From positions 1,734 to 65,733 of the forward strand of contig JAFGUZ010000169.1 of assembly GCA_016938275.1 (NCBI GenBank): a stretch of DNA of 64,000 nt, given 5' to 3'. Below, in pieces: positions 61,266 to 64,000 of the stretch. Below the pieces are notes generated by a model that saw nothing but the letters and a program-made list of their open reading frames with translations, did not search any database and had not been told where the DNA came from. A program made the position numbers and the translations under genes. How positions within the stretch are numbered: the stretch's first letter is position 1; each line of letters opens with the position of its first letter. The stretch comes from Candidatus Delongbacteria bacterium (GTDB lineage Bacteria; UBA4055).

Positions 61266-61293
61266 AAAATCCCCGTTACTTCGGGGATTTTTT
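61266..61293. terminator. Bidirectional intrinsic terminator
   Basis: AAAATCCCCG-TTACTT-CGGGGATTTT between convergent genes. Confidence 0.85.
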
Positions 61294-63130
61294 ATATCAC
61301 AACGATTCCAACTTTTACTTTCTCTAAATTCGCTAAATCGCTACCTTTATATAATTCATCATAGATTATCTGATTTTCAGTATTGGAAAATGTAATATCA
61401 AAAGTAAAATCAGATTCATTTAGTTGATTGAATAAGTTAGTGACTTGGCTTTCCTTTAGTATTGTATCAATAAGTAAGCAGTCCGGTTCAAAGTCTGTTA
61501 AATTTGCTGTGTACTTGTTAAACTCTGTAATTGATTTCAAAAAATATACTGTTCTAAATTTATCAATTAAACTAAGTTTGTTCAAATCCCCGCTGACAAT
61601 GGTAATAAGGTTATTGGTAATTCTCTTACTCATGCTATAGTAAAGATCATTAGCGGGAAAGGTAAACTCATTGGAAAGTTCTATAAAACTCTCAATTTTT
61701 TTTACTATAAAATTATCAGGTTCAAAAAGGATAATTTCTGGGATTGTAAATGGATTTGCATGTGTAAATTTAGTAATAACTTTTTTAATAAAGTCATGCT
61801 CTGAAATGATAGTTTCTGTAAAAATAAGTTGATAAGGCGATGTTACTTTATCTATAAAATTGAAAATTCGCTCATCTATCTTTGTTATTATTATTTTTTT
61901 GAAGTAAGTACCTGCTATTTCGCCTTTGTAAGAACAATCAAAGTCAGGGTCAGGATAAAATTCTATTTCAAATTTATCGGCTGCATATTCCATAAGATTT
62001 TGGATAGAAGTAGAATCAAACTCAGGAGTTTTCAATATTGTATATGGACCATGTTCCTGATAAACTAAAGATAGATCATTAGCTTTCTTTCTAAAATCTG
62101 TCCCAGGTAAAATTGATAAGGGAAAAACTTGAATGTTGTCATAAAATTCATGTTCGTAAACAAAGTCTACGCTTTTGACAAATCCTTCTGGAGTGTCTCC
62201 AGGCAATCCTAAAATCAGATCGACCTTTGGAGAAATCTCATATTTTTTTAGCAAGTTAACACCACGTGTAAATTCAGTTAGATCACATGCTCTTTTCATC
62301 AATTTAAGAGCAGTAGGGTTTGTGGACTGTAAACCGATTTCAAATTCTTTAAAATTTGCTTTTTTAAACTTGCTTACCAAATCCTCATTTAATTTTTCGA
62401 CTCTAAGTTCACTGTAAAATGATAAACTCTTTTTATCATTTAGTTCAATAATCTTGTCTAGCAGGGATTGGAGGTCTTTCCTTACATTAAGAGAAGGATC
62501 AAGAAGGAAAATATCATTAATTTTGTTTGATTTAGCATAATTAATGACTTCAACTATATTGCTCTCAGGAATGAAGATACTTTTTTTTGAAGATTTATTG
62601 TAGAAACAAAATGAGCAATTGTAAGGGCATCCTCTTTGAGTTTCAATATATATACAATTATCAATTTTTGGATTAACAATATTCTCACTGTAAATTTTAT
62701 TGTACTCGACAGATTTTTTAGATATTGAATTATTTATGAGCTTGAAGAATTGTTCTTCGCCTTCTCCATAGACGAGAAAATCATAAATATTTGAATATTT
62801 TTCTAAATTATAATTGTCATGAGTAATTTCTGATCCACCAAAAACTATTTTACATTTCAGTTTTTCTTTCAAAATTTTAGCTATGTATGCTGATTTTTCC
62901 AGATTCCAGCAAAATATTGAAAATCCAATCAGATCAGGATTTAAATCTTTTATATGATTTATTAAAGCACTGTCGGAGAGATAAGTAGAAAACTCCTGAT
63001 CGATTACCGTTATATTATTAGTTTTACAATATGATTTAATGCTTGAAATTCCAATTGGGATATTTGCAGTTTTGAACCCAAATGTAAATTGAGGAATTGG
63101 AAGTTGGATTAAAAGTACATTATTAAACAA
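61292..63130 (-). CDS. B12-binding radical SAM protein
   Basis: PDLIGFS..CWN, GEGE, RGCPYNCSFC, EIGLQS and GLPGDT. Confidence 0.9.
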   Translation of the reverse strand: MFNNVLLIQLPIPQFTFGFKTANIPIGISSIKSYCKTNNITVIDQEFSTYLSDSALINHIKDLNPDLIGFSIFCWNLEKSAYIAKILKEKLKCKIVFGGSEITHDNYNLEKYSNIYDFLVYGEGEEQFFKLINNSISKKSVEYNKIYSENIVNPKIDNCIYIETQRGCPYNCSFCFYNKSSKKSIFIPESNIVEVINYAKSNKINDIFLLDPSLNVRKDLQSLLDKIIELNDKKSLSFYSELRVEKLNEDLVSKFKKANFKEFEIGLQSTNPTALKLMKRACDLTEFTRGVNLLKKYEISPKVDLILGLPGDTPEGFVKSVDFVYEHEFYDNIQVFPLSILPGTDFRKKANDLSLVYQEHGPYTILKTPEFDSTSIQNLMEYAADKFEIEFYPDPDFDCSYKGEIAGTYFKKIIITKIDERIFNFIDKVTSPYQLIFTETIISEHDFIKKVITKFTHANPFTIPEIILFEPDNFIVKKIESFIELSNEFTFPANDLYYSMSKRITNNLITIVSGDLNKLSLIDKFRTVYFLKSITEFNKYTANLTDFEPDCLLIDTILKESQVTNLFNQLNESDFTFDITFSNTENQIIYDELYKGSDLANLEKVKVGIVVI

Positions 63131-63140
63131 TACTTTACCA

Positions 63141-63326
63141 CTAGCTTTCTGCAGGAGGCATAATTATAGCTAAAATTATGTATATCATAAGACCCGGGAA
63201 AGCCGCAGATAGGATAGATAGTAGAACATAAGCAATCCTGACAAGTGTTACATCCCATCCCAACCATTCAGCTATGCCTGCACAAACACCAGCAACTATA
63301 GAATTATATGATTTTTTTAATTTCAT
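63141..63326 (-). CDS. pspC: PspC domain protein
   Basis: AGVCAGIAE..G.D.TLVR...YIILAIIMP. Confidence 0.88.
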   Translation of the reverse strand: MKLKKSYNSIVAGVCAGIAEWLGWDVTLVRIAYVLLSILSAAFPGLMIYIILAIIMPPAES

Positions 63327-63536
63327 TTGAACCTCAATTTTATGCTTTACGACTTGAATAATATAATTAAATTTGGATGATTTGTGATAATATTTTTCAA
63401 TTTAAATCATATGTCTGTTTAAGTTGTTTGTCACATTTTCCGGTTAAAATTATTGATGTTTAACTGTAAATTAACAACAAGTTTAAATATTGCGATAAAA
63501 TTAAAGATAAAGATTGCTATATCAATTATGAATACA

Positions 63537-63562
63537 AGAGGCACACAGCTGTGTGTCTCTAC
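63537..63562 (-). repeat. GTAG-type REP-like palindrome
   Basis: Minus strand GTAGAGACACACAGCTGTGTGCCTCT. Confidence 0.6.
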
Positions 63563-63634
63563 ATCTTTTCCATAGAACAATTGTTTGTATTCTTCTTCAT
63601 TAAGGATTATTCGGTGCTAAAATTCTATAAGAAA

Positions 63635-63842
63635 CCAGCGATTTCATCGCTGGGAAATGGGACTGACTTTTTACTAAAAAGTCAGACAAAAAGGTCAATC
63701 TTTTTATAAAGATTGATCAAAATCGGTATCAATTTAAGAAAGAATGCTGTTACTCTACCATTCAAATGCTACGTATTTGAACCGGCTCCAGCAATTACCT
63801 TGCTTCGCAAGGATAAGCCTACGCCGGTGCAAGATACCTTTG
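63635..63842 (-). repeat. Dispersed structured non-coding element, copy B (best-paired copy)
   Basis: Homologous to 29438-29770 and 47271-47432; contains five hairpins. Confidence 0.8.
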
Positions 63843-64000
63843 AGATTGTATTTTTTTTAGGAGAAGAGGAATTTTCTTCTCTTCAAAACCATACTCTTAA
63901 CCTGTAACTTTTCCAAAACTACGTAATAATTTTAAATAAAGTAATAAATATATTGCATTTATCAAAATTTGATATTATATTAGATTTTACGTAAATACAC

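Noticed and set aside
63713..63907. 64-aa ORF
   Set aside because: Overlaps non-coding repeat copy B, has no clear RBS, and copy A differs by indels in the aligned segment.

Overview
Strongly AT-rich chromosomal window from a flagellated, probably anaerobic diderm bacterium. Five genes end in a Por/T9SS-type 'YPNPFN' sorting domain, which suggests an FCB-group candidate lineage such as Cloacimonadota or Delongbacteria (inference). From left to right the window holds fliD/fliC with sigma28 and sigma54 promoters, glycosyltransferases, a run of secreted CTD-bearing proteins (three next to a regulator: MerR, TrmB, HTH-TPR), and solute-binding proteins. It continues with a UGA-recoded selenoprotein SelD behind a cysteine-motif-less YgiQ-like protein, amino-sugar genes, RsgA, and a variable island (Rpn nuclease, REP-like palindromes, gene fragments, orphan Csx20, AlbA_2/HATPase/wHTH). 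The main result is a five-gene, translationally coupled operon at 51245-57242. It encodes a CTD-bearing monoheme protein, a putative beta-barrel, an 11-heme lipoprotein, a 4x[4Fe-4S]/cytochrome-b-like membrane fusion and a 28-heme cytochrome, which together look like a cytoplasm-to-surface electron conduit. A second result is a structured non-coding element of about 160-330 bp present in three diverged copies (about 29.4 kb, 47.3 kb and 63.7 kb). No rRNA, tRNA or CRISPR array was seen.
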